Assembly (NCBI GenBank): GCA_035760905.1
Contig: DASTSC010000150.1
Span: forward strand, 1 to 60,723
Reading direction: 5' to 3'
Length of the DNA: 60,723 bases
DNA from: Candidatus Limnocylindrales bacterium
GTDB taxonomy: Bacteria; Chloroflexota; Limnocylindria; Limnocylindrales; CSP1-4
A program made the translations under genes and the position numbers. This document shows, piece after piece, positions 1-9,525 of the stretch (within the stretch, counting starts at the first letter, position 1; every line of letters starts with the position of its first letter). The notes beneath the pieces were generated by a model, which saw nothing but the letters and a program-made list of their open reading frames with translations, was not told where the DNA came from and searched no databases.

Positions 1-629
<629 letters not shown>

Positions 630-706
630 TTAGCACCCTCAACGCTGGGTTGTCTCTCGCTCTCCGACCGCCGAGGTCAGGCGGCGCCAGCCCTCGGCGG
701 GAGGAC

Positions 707-1021
707 TCAGCCCTCGACGATCGCGAGGATGTCCGTCTGCTTGACGATGAGGAGCTCGTCGTCGTCGATCTTGAACTCGGTGCCGGCGTACTTCGCGTAG
801 AGGACCTTGTCGCCCTCCTTCACGTCCATCGGGCCGCGCTTGCCGTCGTCCTGGATGGTGCCCGGGCCGACCGCGACGATCGTCCCCTCCTGGGGCTTCT
901 CCTTCGCGGTGTCGGGCAGGACGATCCCGCTCTTCGTCATCTCCTCGCGGGGAGTCGGCTTGACGACGACGCGATCGCCGAGCGGGCGGAGCTTCGTCGA
1001 AGAGGCAGTGGCAGTCGCCAA
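707..1021 (-). CDS. groES: Co-chaperonin GroES (Cpn10)
   Basis: Lies in ORF 707..1090. The sequence ...[45 protein letters not shown]...[14 protein letters not shown]... is typical Cpn10. I prefer TTG at 1021 (104 aa) because GGAGG sits 7 nt upstream. The track's longer start at 1090 adds an atypical 23-aa extension. Confidence 0.9.
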   Translation of the reverse strand: MATATASSTKLRPLGDRVVVKPTPREEMTKSGIVLPDTAKEKPQEGTIVAVGPGTIQDDGKRGPMDVKEGDKVLYAKYAGTEFKIDDDELLIVKQTDILAIVEG

Positions 1022-1190
1022 GGTGGTCCCTCCTGTCGGACGGCCGACGGCCGTCAGCGCCTGGTCCGACGCCGTCGACCGGTCGGACATGCCGACGAGC
1101 CGACTGACGCCGGTAGCCGATGAATTCGTGCGTCGCGGCGGTCGTCGTCGGTAGCCGGTGAGCCCGGCCGTGCCGGCGGACCTGCGTCGC

Positions 1191-1217
1191 TTAGCACTCT
1201 CGGTTTGAGAGTGCTAA
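1191..1217 (-). promoter_or_regulatory. CIRCE operator (HrcA binding site) upstream of groES-groEL
   Basis: Perfect inverted repeat TTAGCACTC-N9-GAGTGCTAA (1191-1199 and 1209-1217). It lies in the 1091-1222 spacer between the tatD stop and groES. Confidence 0.85.
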
Positions 1218-1222
1218 GAAGC

Positions 1223-2089
1223 CTAGCGAAGCCCGTCCGCGGCGTCAACAGGGGCGCCTCCGGCGTCGCCCGGAGGTCGGTCGAAGGCCCGGGCGTACGC
1301 GGCGACGACGAGGTCGCCGATGGCCTCGCCGCTCGTTCCCCGCTGCTCGGCCACCCAGCCCGCGGTGATCCGGACCCACTCGGGCTCGTTCCGGCGGCGC
1401 GGCGCCCCCGGCGGCGACAGGAACGGCGCGTCCGTCTCGACGAGGAGGCGCTCTGCCGGCACGAGCCGCACGGCCTCCGCGCTGGCCTCCTCCCCCGCCC
1501 GGAAGACCAGCCCCGAGAACGACACGGCGAGGCCGAGCTCGAGGACCGTCGTGGCGTAGTCGACCGGGCCCGAGAAGGAGTGGATCACCGCCGGCGGGTG
1601 GCCGTCGAACGATGCGGTGACGCCGGGATCGTCGAAGCCCGCACGGAGCAGCTCCCGGACGAGGCTGTCCTGAGCGTCGCGGGCGCCGGCCTTCGAGCGA
1701 CAGTGGAGGATCGCCGGCTTCGCCGTTTCGCGCGCGAGCGCGAGGTTCCGGCGCAGGTTCGCGATCTGGACGTCGCGCGGTGAGAACTCGCGGTCGAAGT
1801 CGAGGCCCGTCTCCCCGATCGCGACGACCCGCGCGTCGGCGGCGAGCGCGACGATGCCCTCCCAGCCGGCGTCGTCGACGGCGGCCGCGTCGTGGGGATG
1901 AACCCCAACCGCTGCGTCGAGCCAGGGGTGGCGGTCGACGAGCTCGAGCGCCGCCTCCGAGGACGCGACGTCCCAGCCCGGCACGAGGATCCGCTCGACC
2001 CCGGCCAGCCGGGCGCCGCCGAGCACGAGGTCGACGTCGGACAGGAGCCGCGACGCCTGGAGGTGGCAGTGCGAATCGACCAGGCGCAT
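1223..2089 (-). CDS. tatD: TatD-family metal-dependent hydrolase/DNase
   Basis: 288-aa ORF. The N-terminal MRLVDSHCHL motif is present, and the sequences ...AIGETGLDF..., ...ILHCR..., ...VIHSFSG... and ...LLVETDAPFL... match the TatD/YabD signature order. The ATG lies 3 nt after the stop of the upstream cyclase gene. Confidence 0.85.
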   Translation of the reverse strand: MRLVDSHCHLQASRLLSDVDLVLGGARLAGVERILVPGWDVASSEAALELVDRHPWLDAAVGVHPHDAAAVDDAGWEGIVALAADARVVAIGETGLDFDREFSPRDVQIANLRRNLALARETAKPAILHCRSKAGARDAQDSLVRELLRAGFDDPGVTASFDGHPPAVIHSFSGPVDYATTVLELGLAVSFSGLVFRAGEEASAEAVRLVPAERLLVETDAPFLSPPGAPRRRNEPEWVRITAGWVAEQRGTSGEAIGDLVVAAYARAFDRPPGDAGGAPVDAADGLR

Positions 2090-2092
2090 GCC

Positions 2093-5000
2093 TCAGGTGG
2101 TCGCGAGCGCCGGGTCGCCGGTCGGGTCGACCCAGCGCGTCTCGGGCAGCGGACCCAGGAGCGGGAACGTGTGGCACGCGGCGTAGACCTCGCGCGCCCG
2201 GGCGAGGGCACGATCCGGGTCGAGGCCGGTCCGGGCCGCGGCGAGCGCCGCATCGGCCCAGGCGTCGGCTGCGGGCAGGTGCTCGCCGAGCGCCTCGAGC
2301 TCGGCGGCCACCGCCTCGAGCTCGACGGAGGCTTCAGCCGACCCCGAGGCGAGGGCCCGGATCCAGCGCCCTTCGAGTGCCCGAACGGGTCCATCCGACA
2401 GCCGGACCACCTCCTCGGTCGCCCGGACGCCGATCTCGAGGTCGAGCGTAGCCCGCGACCGGAACGCCATCCGCGCGAGCCAGCGGCCGCCGAGCTGGCG
2501 GGTCACATACGACGTGGTCGGCTCGACGATCGCCCGGAGGATCGCGATCGCCGCCGATGGATCGGACCGCCACGTCCGCTGCGCGCGCCAGAGAGGTCCG
2601 AAGACCTCCGCCTGGGGCTCGGCGCTCATCGCCGCGAGCGATCGCATGTGCTGATCGACCTCGTCGGCCGCGGCCTCGTCGCCCAGGTAGTAGCGCACCG
2701 TCGCGAGGTTGAGCACCTCGATCTCCCGCTTCTCGGCGTCGTCGACCGCCTCGGCGGCGTCGAGGGCCTCCTCGTAGTACGGGATCGCCTCGAGGATCTC
2801 GCCTCGGTCGACGAACGCGTCGGCGATCGACTGGGCGAGCCAGGCGATGCTGCCGTTGTCGCCGGAGCGACGAAGGACCTCGAGGCCCTCGAGGGCGATG
2901 GCGAGGACCTCACCCAGCGGCGAGCCGTTGCCGAGCATCGTCGAGGGCAGGTTGTTGTAGCAGCGCGTGAGCAGGAGGCGATCCTTCGCGGCCCGCGCCA
3001 TCTCGTAGCTCTGCCGGACGAGCGGCAGCCCGCGGGCGTGGTCGCCGAGCTGCGCGTACGTCACCCCGAGCTCGTGGAGCGCCCAGCGCTCGACCTGGTC
3101 GGCGTCGCTGGCGCGCGCCTCGGAGATCGATCGCTCGAGGATCGGGATCGCGTCCTCGACCGGGCCTGCCCGCCAGAACGTCCAGCCGAGTCGGCTCAGC
3201 AGGAGCGCCCGGCCCGCGGTCGGCGGCCCGCCCTCGAGCGCCGTGATCGCGCCCGTGAGCACCGCCCGGGCCTCGTCGACCCGACCCAGGTTGAACAGGA
3301 AGAACCCGTCGAGGGCCCGGAGCCTCGCGAGCAGCTCGGCGTCCGCCTCCTCGAGGTGGGCGAGGCCGGAGAGGCCCTCGATCGCCTCGGCGATGACCTC
3401 CACGGCTCGGGTCGCGCTGACCGCACCGAAGCTGCCCACGAGGTACTCCTCGGCGAGTCGCGCGCGTTCGACCACCGGCAGACCCAGGCGGCGCGCCTGC
3501 TCGAGGGCGACTCCCAGCCAGCGATCGGCCGTCGCGAGCTGATGGAGGCTGGCCGCGCGGGCTCCCGCCCGGCGCCCGTACCGGTACGTCGCCTCCCGGA
3601 TCGGTCCGAGCCGGCTCTCGTCGGCGCCGAACTCCTCCTCGAACCGGAGCGCGGCGAGGTAGTGCGAGGCGACGAGCTCGATGATCTCGTCGAGCCGGTC
3701 TGCGAGCTCGGTCTCGGCCCAGCGGGCGACGTCGAGGTGGAGCGCGGCACGGTCCCGTTTCGGAAGCGAGTCGTAGGCGACGTCGCGGATGAGGACGTGG
3801 CGGAAGCCGAACTCCGCGGCACCCGCGAGGGTCGACGGCTCGCGCGGGACGACGAGCTCTTTCACCCGCAACCGACGGAGCAGGTCGCCGGTCGCCGGCA
3901 CCCCCTGGCGGGAGAGATGGGCGACGACCGCGTCCCAGAAGATCCGGCCGACGACCGAGGCGTTCTGGGCGAGTCGCTTCTCCGGCGACGGCAGGGCGTC
4001 GAGACGAGCGGCGAGCACGGCCTGGACCGTCCCCGGCACCTCGAGCTCCTCGACCGGCGAGGCGAGCTCCCAGCGGCCGTCGGCGAACCGGAGCACGCCC
4101 CGGTCGACGAACATGCGGACCAGCTCTTCGGCGAACAGGGGGTTCCCGTCGGCGAGGGCCACGACGCGCTCGCGCAGGGCGGCCGGGAGCGCCGTGCCGA
4201 CGAGGCCGTCGATGAGCGCCGCGCTCTCGTCGGGCGCGAGCGGTTCGAGGACGATCGTCGCAGCGTTCGGCAGCCCGCCGCCCCACGTGGGGCGGCGCTC
4301 GAGCAGCTCGTGTCGGGCGAGGACGAGGACGAGGATCGGTCCATCGGCCCAGCGCGCGACGTGCTCGACGACGTCGAGCAGGCCGTCGTCCGCCCAGTGG
4401 AGATCCTCGAGGACGAGGACGAGCGGGGCGCGCCGGGCGACGAGCTCGAGCCAGCGTCGCCAGCCATCGAAGAGCTCGTCGCGGCCGATCCCCGGATTGG
4501 GCGGGCCGATCGCGAGCAGCGCCTCGAGCGCCACCCGTTCCCGCTCGCCGGCCCCGAGCACCGCCAGGCGGTCGACGAGCCGGGCCTCGGCGGTCGCCGG
4601 CGCGTCGTCATCGCGGATCTCCGCGTCGACCTTCGCCGCGTCGGCGAGCGCCGAGTAGGAGACCTGCGCATAGGCGAGGCAGCGGCCCTTCCGCCAGTGG
4701 AACGTCTCGGGCAGCCCGTCGAGGTACTTCTCGAGCTCCCAGCTGAGGCGGCTCTTGCCGACCCCGGCGGCCCCGACGACCGTGACGAGATGCGGCCGGC
4801 CCTCGGCGACCGTCCGGCGGACGGTCTCCTTGAGGAGGGCCAGCTCCTCGTCCCGTCCGACGAGCGGCGATTCGAGCCCGAGGGGGGAACGACGCCCGCC
4901 TCGGCGGGCCTTCACCGCGACGGCCCGCCAGGCCGCGACCGGCAGCGCCTTGCCCTTGAGCACGGCCGGTGGCAGCTCCTCGTAGTCGACGGTGTCGCGG

Positions 5001-5692
5001 GTCGCGGCGTAGACCGAGGGTCCGACGACGACGGTGTCCGGAGCGGCGGCCTGCTGAAGGCGGGCGGCGGTGTTCACCGGATCGCCGGTCACGAACAGAT
5101 CGCGTTCCGTCGCGGCCCGGGCGAGGTCGACGAGCACTTCGCCGGTCTCGATCCCGATCCGCAGCTGGAGGGCTGGGCGCCCATCGGCCGTCCTCGCGGC
5201 GAGCTCGGACAGCGCCGCCTGCATCTCGAGCGCGGCGCGGACGGCGCGCTCGGCGTCGTCTTCGTGGACGGTCGGCACGCCGAACACCGCGAGCAGCGCG
5301 TCGCCGGCGAACTTCTCGATCGTGCCCTCGTACCGCGCGACCTCTTCCGCGAGCCGGGCGAAGACGCGCCCGACGAGGCCGCCGACGACCTCGGGGTCGT
5401 TCGTCTCCCCGAGGGCCGTGAAGCCGACGAGGTCGGCGAAGAGGAGCGTCGCCACCTTGCGCTCGCGAACCGCGCCCTCGACGTCGAAAGCGGGCTCACG
5501 TGCGCTCGGCGTCGGGGAGGCGCCGTCCCCCACCGCGGCCCCGCATTCGGGACAGAAGCGGGCGGCCGCGGGCAAGGGCCGCCCGCACGCCGCGCAGCGC
5601 AGTACCGCGGGCGTCCCGCAGGTCGGACAGAAGCGGGCGCCTGGCGGCAGCTCGGCCCCGCAGGAGCGGCAGCTCACCGCCGCATTGTCCAT
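2093..5692 (-). CDS. Multidomain signalling protein with a double zinc ribbon, a class III adenylate/guanylate cyclase, an AAA/STAND ATPase and TPR-like helical repeats
   Basis: ORF 2093..5764. Zinc ribbons: CRSCGAEL..FCPTCG..LRCAACG..FCPECG. Cyclase core: LLFADLVGFT, KFAGDALLAVFG, VTGDPVNTAARLQ. Walker A: VVGAAGVGKSRL. Walker B-like: LVLVLEDLHWAD. A helical-repeat C-terminal half of about 600 aa follows, with no HTH. I prefer ATG at 5692 (1199 aa); the track's start at 5764 is a TTG. Confidence 0.8.
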   Translation of the reverse strand: MDNAAVSCRSCGAELPPGARFCPTCGTPAVLRCAACGRPLPAAARFCPECGAAVGDGASPTPSAREPAFDVEGAVRERKVATLLFADLVGFTALGETNDPEVVGGLVGRVFARLAEEVARYEGTIEKFAGDALLAVFGVPTVHEDDAERAVRAALEMQAALSELAARTADGRPALQLRIGIETGEVLVDLARAATERDLFVTGDPVNTAARLQQAAAPDTVVVGPSVYAATRDTVDYEELPPAVLKGKALPVAAWRAVAVKARRGGRRSPLGLESPLVGRDEELALLKETVRRTVAEGRPHLVTVVGAAGVGKSRLSWELEKYLDGLPETFHWRKGRCLAYAQVSYSALADAAKVDAEIRDDDAPATAEARLVDRLAVLGAGERERVALEALLAIGPPNPGIGRDELFDGWRRWLELVARRAPLVLVLEDLHWADDGLLDVVEHVARWADGPILVLVLARHELLERRPTWGGGLPNAATIVLEPLAPDESAALIDGLVGTALPAALRERVVALADGNPLFAEELVRMFVDRGVLRFADGRWELASPVEELEVPGTVQAVLAARLDALPSPEKRLAQNASVVGRIFWDAVVAHLSRQGVPATGDLLRRLRVKELVVPREPSTLAGAAEFGFRHVLIRDVAYDSLPKRDRAALHLDVARWAETELADRLDEIIELVASHYLAALRFEEEFGADESRLGPIREATYRYGRRAGARAASLHQLATADRWLGVALEQARRLGLPVVERARLAEEYLVGSFGAVSATRAVEVIAEAIEGLSGLAHLEEADAELLARLRALDGFFLFNLGRVDEARAVLTGAITALEGGPPTAGRALLLSRLGWTFWRAGPVEDAIPILERSISEARASDADQVERWALHELGVTYAQLGDHARGLPLVRQSYEMARAAKDRLLLTRCYNNLPSTMLGNGSPLGEVLAIALEGLEVLRRSGDNGSIAWLAQSIADAFVDRGEILEAIPYYEEALDAAEAVDDAEKREIEVLNLATVRYYLGDEAAADEVDQHMRSLAAMSAEPQAEVFGPLWRAQRTWRSDPSAAIAILRAIVEPTTSYVTRQLGGRWLARMAFRSRATLDLEIGVRATEEVVRLSDGPVRALEGRWIRALASGSAEASVELEAVAAELEALGEHLPAADAWADAALAAARTGLDPDRALARAREVYAACHTFPLLGPLPETRWVDPTGDPALATT

Positions 5693-5794
5693 GGCCGCGT
5701 CAAACGGTCCGATTGGCCGTTGACATCCCGCTCTCGCGGCCTCTACCGTAATCGCACGTAACAACCCTAACTTAGTAGTGATTAGGGACTAGGC

Positions 5795-6850
5795 ATGGCA
5801 TTTCCACCTCGGCAGGCGAGGGTCGCCGTCGCAGCGATCGCGATCGGTGTGTCGATCGTCGCCGCGTGTGGTCCGGCGAGCGCGGGTGCGTCGCCCGGGT
5901 CCGCGACGACGGTCCTCCGCCTCGGCTACTTCCCCAACCTGACCCACGCGACCGCGATCGTCGGTGTTGCCGACGGCCTGTTCGCCGGCGCCCTCGGGCC
6001 CGACGTCGCGCTCGAGACGCGAACGTTCAACGCGGGCACCGAGGCCGTCGAGGCGCTCTTCTCGGGCGCGCTCGACGCGAGCTACGTCGGCCCGAACCCG
6101 GCGATCAACGCCTGGGCGAGGTCGAAGGGCGAGGCGGTCCGGATCGTCGCCGGCGCGACGAGCGGCGGCGCCTTCCTCGTCACGCGGCCGGGCATCACGG
6201 ACCCCTCCCAGCTCCGCGGCCGGACGCTCGCGACGCCCGCGCTCGGCAACACCCAGGACGTCGCGCTTCGCTCGTGGCTCGAGACGCAGGGCCTGTCGAC
6301 CACCGCCGAGGGCGGCGGCGACGTCGCGATCCGGCCGCAGTCGAACGCGGACACGCTCGCGGCCTTCGCGAGCGGCGCGATCGACGGTGCCTGGGTCCCC
6401 GAGCCGTGGGCGACGCGGATGGTCCGCGAGGGCGGCGGCCGCGTCCTCGTCGACGAGCGCGACCTCTGGCCGGGCGGCCGCTACGTGACGACCGAGCTGA
6501 TCGTGAGCAGCGTGTTCCTCGGCGCCCACCCCGACGCGGTCGCGGCGCTCCTGCGCGGCCACGTCGCGGCCACGGCGCGGATCGGCGACGACCCCGACCG
6601 CTCTCGCCGAACCGTCGCGGCGGAGATCGGCCGTCTGACCGGGTCGACGCTGCCCGACGACCTCCTCGCGGCCGCCTGGAGGAACCTCACCTTCACGAAC
6701 GACCCGATTGCCGGCTCGCTCCAGGCCTCGGCCGACCACGCCGTCGCCTTCGGCCTGCTCGAGCCGGTCGACCTGACCGGCATCTACGACCTCGAGCCGC
6801 TCAACGCGGCCCTGTCGGCGGCCGGCCAGCCGGCCGTCCCGGCCCCGTGA
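5795..6850 (+). CDS. ABC transporter substrate-binding lipoprotein, NitT/TauT family (aliphatic sulfonate/taurine/nitrate type, NMT1-like)
   Basis: 351-aa ORF with a signal peptide and lipobox (IVAAC). LRLGYFPNLTHA... and GAIDGAWVPEPW... are typical of SsuA/TauA-like binding proteins. ATPase and permease genes follow. Confidence 0.75.
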   Translation: MAFPPRQARVAVAAIAIGVSIVAACGPASAGASPGSATTVLRLGYFPNLTHATAIVGVADGLFAGALGPDVALETRTFNAGTEAVEALFSGALDASYVGPNPAINAWARSKGEAVRIVAGATSGGAFLVTRPGITDPSQLRGRTLATPALGNTQDVALRSWLETQGLSTTAEGGGDVAIRPQSNADTLAAFASGAIDGAWVPEPWATRMVREGGGRVLVDERDLWPGGRYVTTELIVSSVFLGAHPDAVAALLRGHVAATARIGDDPDRSRRTVAAEIGRLTGSTLPDDLLAAAWRNLTFTNDPIAGSLQASADHAVAFGLLEPVDLTGIYDLEPLNAALSAAGQPAVPAP

Positions 6851-7650
6851 CTGCGGTCGCGGCCGTCGCCGCCCGGGCGTCGACGATTGCCCCGGACCGG
6901 ACGCCGGTGGCGCTCTCGATCGAGGGCGTCCGCAAGCGGTACGGACCGCCCGGCAACGGCGTCCTCGCGCTCGCCGACATCACTCTCGAGGTGCGCCGGG
7001 GCGCGTTCGTCTGCCTCGTCGGCGCGTCCGGCTGCGGCAAGACGACCCTCCTCAATCTCGTCGCCGGCCTCGACGCCGTCGACGCCGGCCGGATCGAGCG
7101 CCGCGGGCGGGTCGGCCTCCTCTTCCAGGAAGCCGCGCTCTTCCCGTGGCTGACCGCGGCCGGCAACGTCGAGCTCGCGCTCGGCCTCCGGGGCGTTCGC
7201 CGGGGCGAGCGCTCCGCCCGCGCCCGCGACCTCCTCGACCTCGTCAACCTCGGCGGCTTCGGCGACCGACGGCCGCACGAGCTGTCGGGCGGGATGCGGC
7301 AGCGCGTCGCGCTCGCCCGGGCCCTCGCGCAGGACGCCGACATCCTCCTCATGGACGAGCCGTTCGGGTCGCTCGACGCGATGACCCGGGACCTCCTCCA
7401 CGAGGAGCTCGAGCGCGTCTGGCTCGACCGTGGCTTCACGGTCCTGTTCGTCACCCACGACGTCCGGGAGGCCGTCCGGCTCGGCGACGAGGTCGTCGTC
7501 CTCACGAGCCGGCCCGGCAGGGTCGCGGAGCGGTTCCCGATCGACCTGCCGCGCGACCGGCGGGGCGACGCCGCGGCGCTCGGCGCGATCGCGACGGAGA
7601 TCACCCACCGGCTCAGGCGCGAGGTGCGACGCCATGGCCGCGATCGATAG
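6847..7650 (+). CDS. ABC transporter ATP-binding protein, NitT/TauT (SsuB/TauB-like) family
   Basis: In frame with ORF 5866..7650. GTG at 6847 overlaps the upstream TGA (GTGA). Walker A is GASGCGKTT, the signature motif is LSGGMRQRV, and Walker B is ILLMDEPF. Confidence 0.85.
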   Translation: MTAVAAVAARASTIAPDRTPVALSIEGVRKRYGPPGNGVLALADITLEVRRGAFVCLVGASGCGKTTLLNLVAGLDAVDAGRIERRGRVGLLFQEAALFPWLTAAGNVELALGLRGVRRGERSARARDLLDLVNLGGFGDRRPHELSGGMRQRVALARALAQDADILLMDEPFGSLDAMTRDLLHEELERVWLDRGFTVLFVTHDVREAVRLGDEVVVLTSRPGRVAERFPIDLPRDRRGDAAALGAIATEITHRLRREVRRHGRDR

Positions 7651-8548
7651 GCGGGCCGCGATCCACGGGGGCGGCCGGGCCGGTCGGCGGTCGGACGGGC
7701 TCGAGGAGGAGCTGGCCGGCCTCGATCGCCTCGAGCTGCCGCTCAAGCCGGTCGAGGGCCGGCTCGCGGCGCTCTGGGCGACGACCTGGCCGAAGCTCGC
7801 CGCCGTCGTCACGGTCGTCGCGGCGTGGCAGCTGGTGGTCGCCAGCGGCTGGCGGCCGGAGTACGTGCTCCCCTCCCCGCTCGCGGTCGCCGAACGGCTC
7901 GCGCGCGACCTCAGCGGCAACGACCTCCAGGCCGCGATCGCGATCACGCTCCGGCGAGCCGGCCTCGGGTTCGGGCTCGCCCTCGCGATCGGCGTCGGGA
8001 TCGGCCTCGCGATCGTCGCCTCACGCCGGTTGCGCGCGGCGGCCGCGTCGCTCGTGACCGGACTCCAGACCATGCCGTCGATCGCCTGGTTCCCGTTCGC
8101 GATCCTGCTGTTCGGCCTGTCCGAGACGGCGATCCTGTTCGTGGTCGTGCTCGGGGCGGCACCGTCGATCGCGAACGGCCTGATCGCCGGCGTCGATCAG
8201 ATCCCGCGGCTCATCCTGCGGGCCGGACGGATCCTCGGCGCGCGGGGCTGGGCCTGGTACCGCCACGTCATCCTGCCCGCGGCGCTGCCCTCGTTCGTGA
8301 GCGGCCTCAAGCAGGGCTGGGCGTTCTCCTGGCGGAGCCTGATGGCGGGCGAGCTCCTCGTGATCATCGCGGCTCAGCCGTCGATCGGCGTCCGCCTCCA
8401 GTTCGCCCGCGAGCTCGCCGACGCCCCGGGCCTGCTCGCGGCGATGCTCGTCATCCTCGCGATCGGGATCGCGGTCGACGGGCTGCTGTTCGGGACGCTC
8501 GAGCGGACGGTCCGCCAGCGGTGGGGGCTGGCCGAGCCTCGGCGATGA
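7634..8548 (+). CDS. ABC transporter permease, NitT/TauT (SsuC/TauC-like) family
   Basis: In frame with ORF 7430..8548. ATG at 7634 overlaps the end of the ATPase gene. The protein has multiple hydrophobic spans and a BPD-type permease core (...LGFGLALAIGVGIGL...ILGARGWAWYRHVILPAALP...). Confidence 0.8.
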   Translation: MAAIDRRAAIHGGGRAGRRSDGLEEELAGLDRLELPLKPVEGRLAALWATTWPKLAAVVTVVAAWQLVVASGWRPEYVLPSPLAVAERLARDLSGNDLQAAIAITLRRAGLGFGLALAIGVGIGLAIVASRRLRAAAASLVTGLQTMPSIAWFPFAILLFGLSETAILFVVVLGAAPSIANGLIAGVDQIPRLILRAGRILGARGWAWYRHVILPAALPSFVSGLKQGWAFSWRSLMAGELLVIIAAQPSIGVRLQFARELADAPGLLAAMLVILAIGIAVDGLLFGTLERTVRQRWGLAEPRR

Positions 8549-9047
8549 CCCGGAGGCCCGCGTCGGCCGGCCCGCGGACGCGGCCGAGCGAGATCCACGC
8601 CTCGGGCTCACGCGTCAGCTCGAGCAGGTGTTCGGGCAACCGGTCGGCCACGACGTCGGCGATCGTCGTCGCCTCGAGCAGCCCGCGCAGGCTCGCCCGG
8701 ACCGCGATCCAGACCTCGCGGAGCGGCGCGGCGGGGCCCGGATACTCGACGAGCTCCGGGCGCTCCCCGCGGACGTTGGCCATCGGCCCGTCGACCGCCC
8801 GGAGGACGTCGGCGATCGTGATCTGGGCGGCGTCGCGGGCCAGGCTGTAGCCACCCGCCGCGCCACGGTGGCTGCGGACGATCCCGACGTGCTTGAGCTC
8901 GAGCAGGACCGACTCGAGGAACTTGAGCGGGACCTTCTGGGCCGACGCGATCGCCTCGCGCGTCACCGGACCCGATCCGCGCTCGACCGCCGCAGCGAGC
9001 TCGACCGCCGCGCGGAGCGCATAGTCGGCCCTGGCAGAGACGCGCAC
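8451..9047 (-). CDS. Rrf2-family transcriptional regulator (no cysteine residues)
   Basis: 198-aa ORF with a GTG start at 9047. MRVSARADYALRA... and ...FLESVLLELKHVGIVRSHRGAAGGYSLAR... form the Rrf2 winged-helix signature. The C-terminal ~45 aa are low complexity. The last 98 nt overlap the convergent permease gene. Confidence 0.8.
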   Translation of the reverse strand: MRVSARADYALRAAVELAAAVERGSGPVTREAIASAQKVPLKFLESVLLELKHVGIVRSHRGAAGGYSLARDAAQITIADVLRAVDGPMANVRGERPELVEYPGPAAPLREVWIAVRASLRGLLEATTIADVVADRLPEHLLELTREPEAWISLGRVRGPADAGLRVIAEARPAPTAGGPSARASRTAARRPRSRSRG

Positions 9048-9097
9048 GGCGGTAGCCTAGCGCGCCGCCACCGCCGCGATGGGGCGGTCGCCGCCCG

Positions 9098-9454
9098 TCA
9101 GCCGGCGACGACCTCCCAGAGCCCGATCTCGTTGCCCTCGGAGTCGAGGACGGCCGCCCAGCGGCCCATGCCCGGGATCTCCTGGGGCGGGCTCACGACG
9201 CTGCCCCCGTGCTCTTCGGCCGCGGCGACCGCGGCCTCCAGCTGGGGGACCGTGATGTAGTCGCGAATGACGCTGCCGACGCTCTGGCCGCGGCGGCCGA
9301 GCGCGCCGCCCGTCCCCTCGCCCGTCCGGAACAGCCAGTAGTCCGGAAACTCGTCCATCGAGCCGAACTCCCAGCCCGCGACCGCCTCGTAGAACCGCTT
9401 CGCGCGCTCGACGTCGTCCGCGGGGATCTCGACGTGGGTGATCTGACCGGTCAT
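9098..9454 (-). CDS. VOC (glyoxalase/bleomycin-resistance/dioxygenase) family protein
   Basis: Starts at an internal ATG of ORF 9098..10699, with GGAGG 7 nt upstream. The 118-aa product reads MTGQITHVEIPADDVERAKRFYEAVAGWEF...GMGRWAAVLDSEGNEIGLWE. Confidence 0.8.
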   Translation of the reverse strand: MTGQITHVEIPADDVERAKRFYEAVAGWEFGSMDEFPDYWLFRTGEGTGGALGRRGQSVGSVIRDYITVPQLEAAVAAAEEHGGSVVSPPQEIPGMGRWAAVLDSEGNEIGLWEVVAG

Positions 9455-9525
9455 GTCCGAACCTCCGTGCTGTGGGGTCGCCCAGCAAAGCGACGATCTT
9501 CGGCCGTCCGAATCGACACCCCGTG

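Noticed and set aside
630-638. A second CIRCE element in the groES-groEL spacer (TTAGCACCC).
   Set aside because: Only one degenerate half-site is present, with no matching GAGTGCTAA partner at the N9 distance.
1892-5761. A 1289-aa plus-strand ORF opposite the cyclase-STAND gene. Similar very long antisense or out-of-frame ORFs occur at 11652..14408 +, 16677..19268 +, 18959..21052 +, 39484..41397 +, 43413..45596 +, 36967..39126 + and 57019..59352 -, among others.
   Set aside because: Their translations are Arg/Pro/Gly/Asp-rich low-complexity strings with no recognisable motifs. Each one mirrors a gene on the other strand that has clear family signatures. Long stop-free antisense frames are expected in very GC-rich DNA.
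5765-5787. Telomere-like CCCTAA/TTAGGG hexamers.
   Set aside because: There is a single inverted pair in a promoter spacer, not a tandem array. I interpret it as a possible operator, not a telomeric or repeat element.
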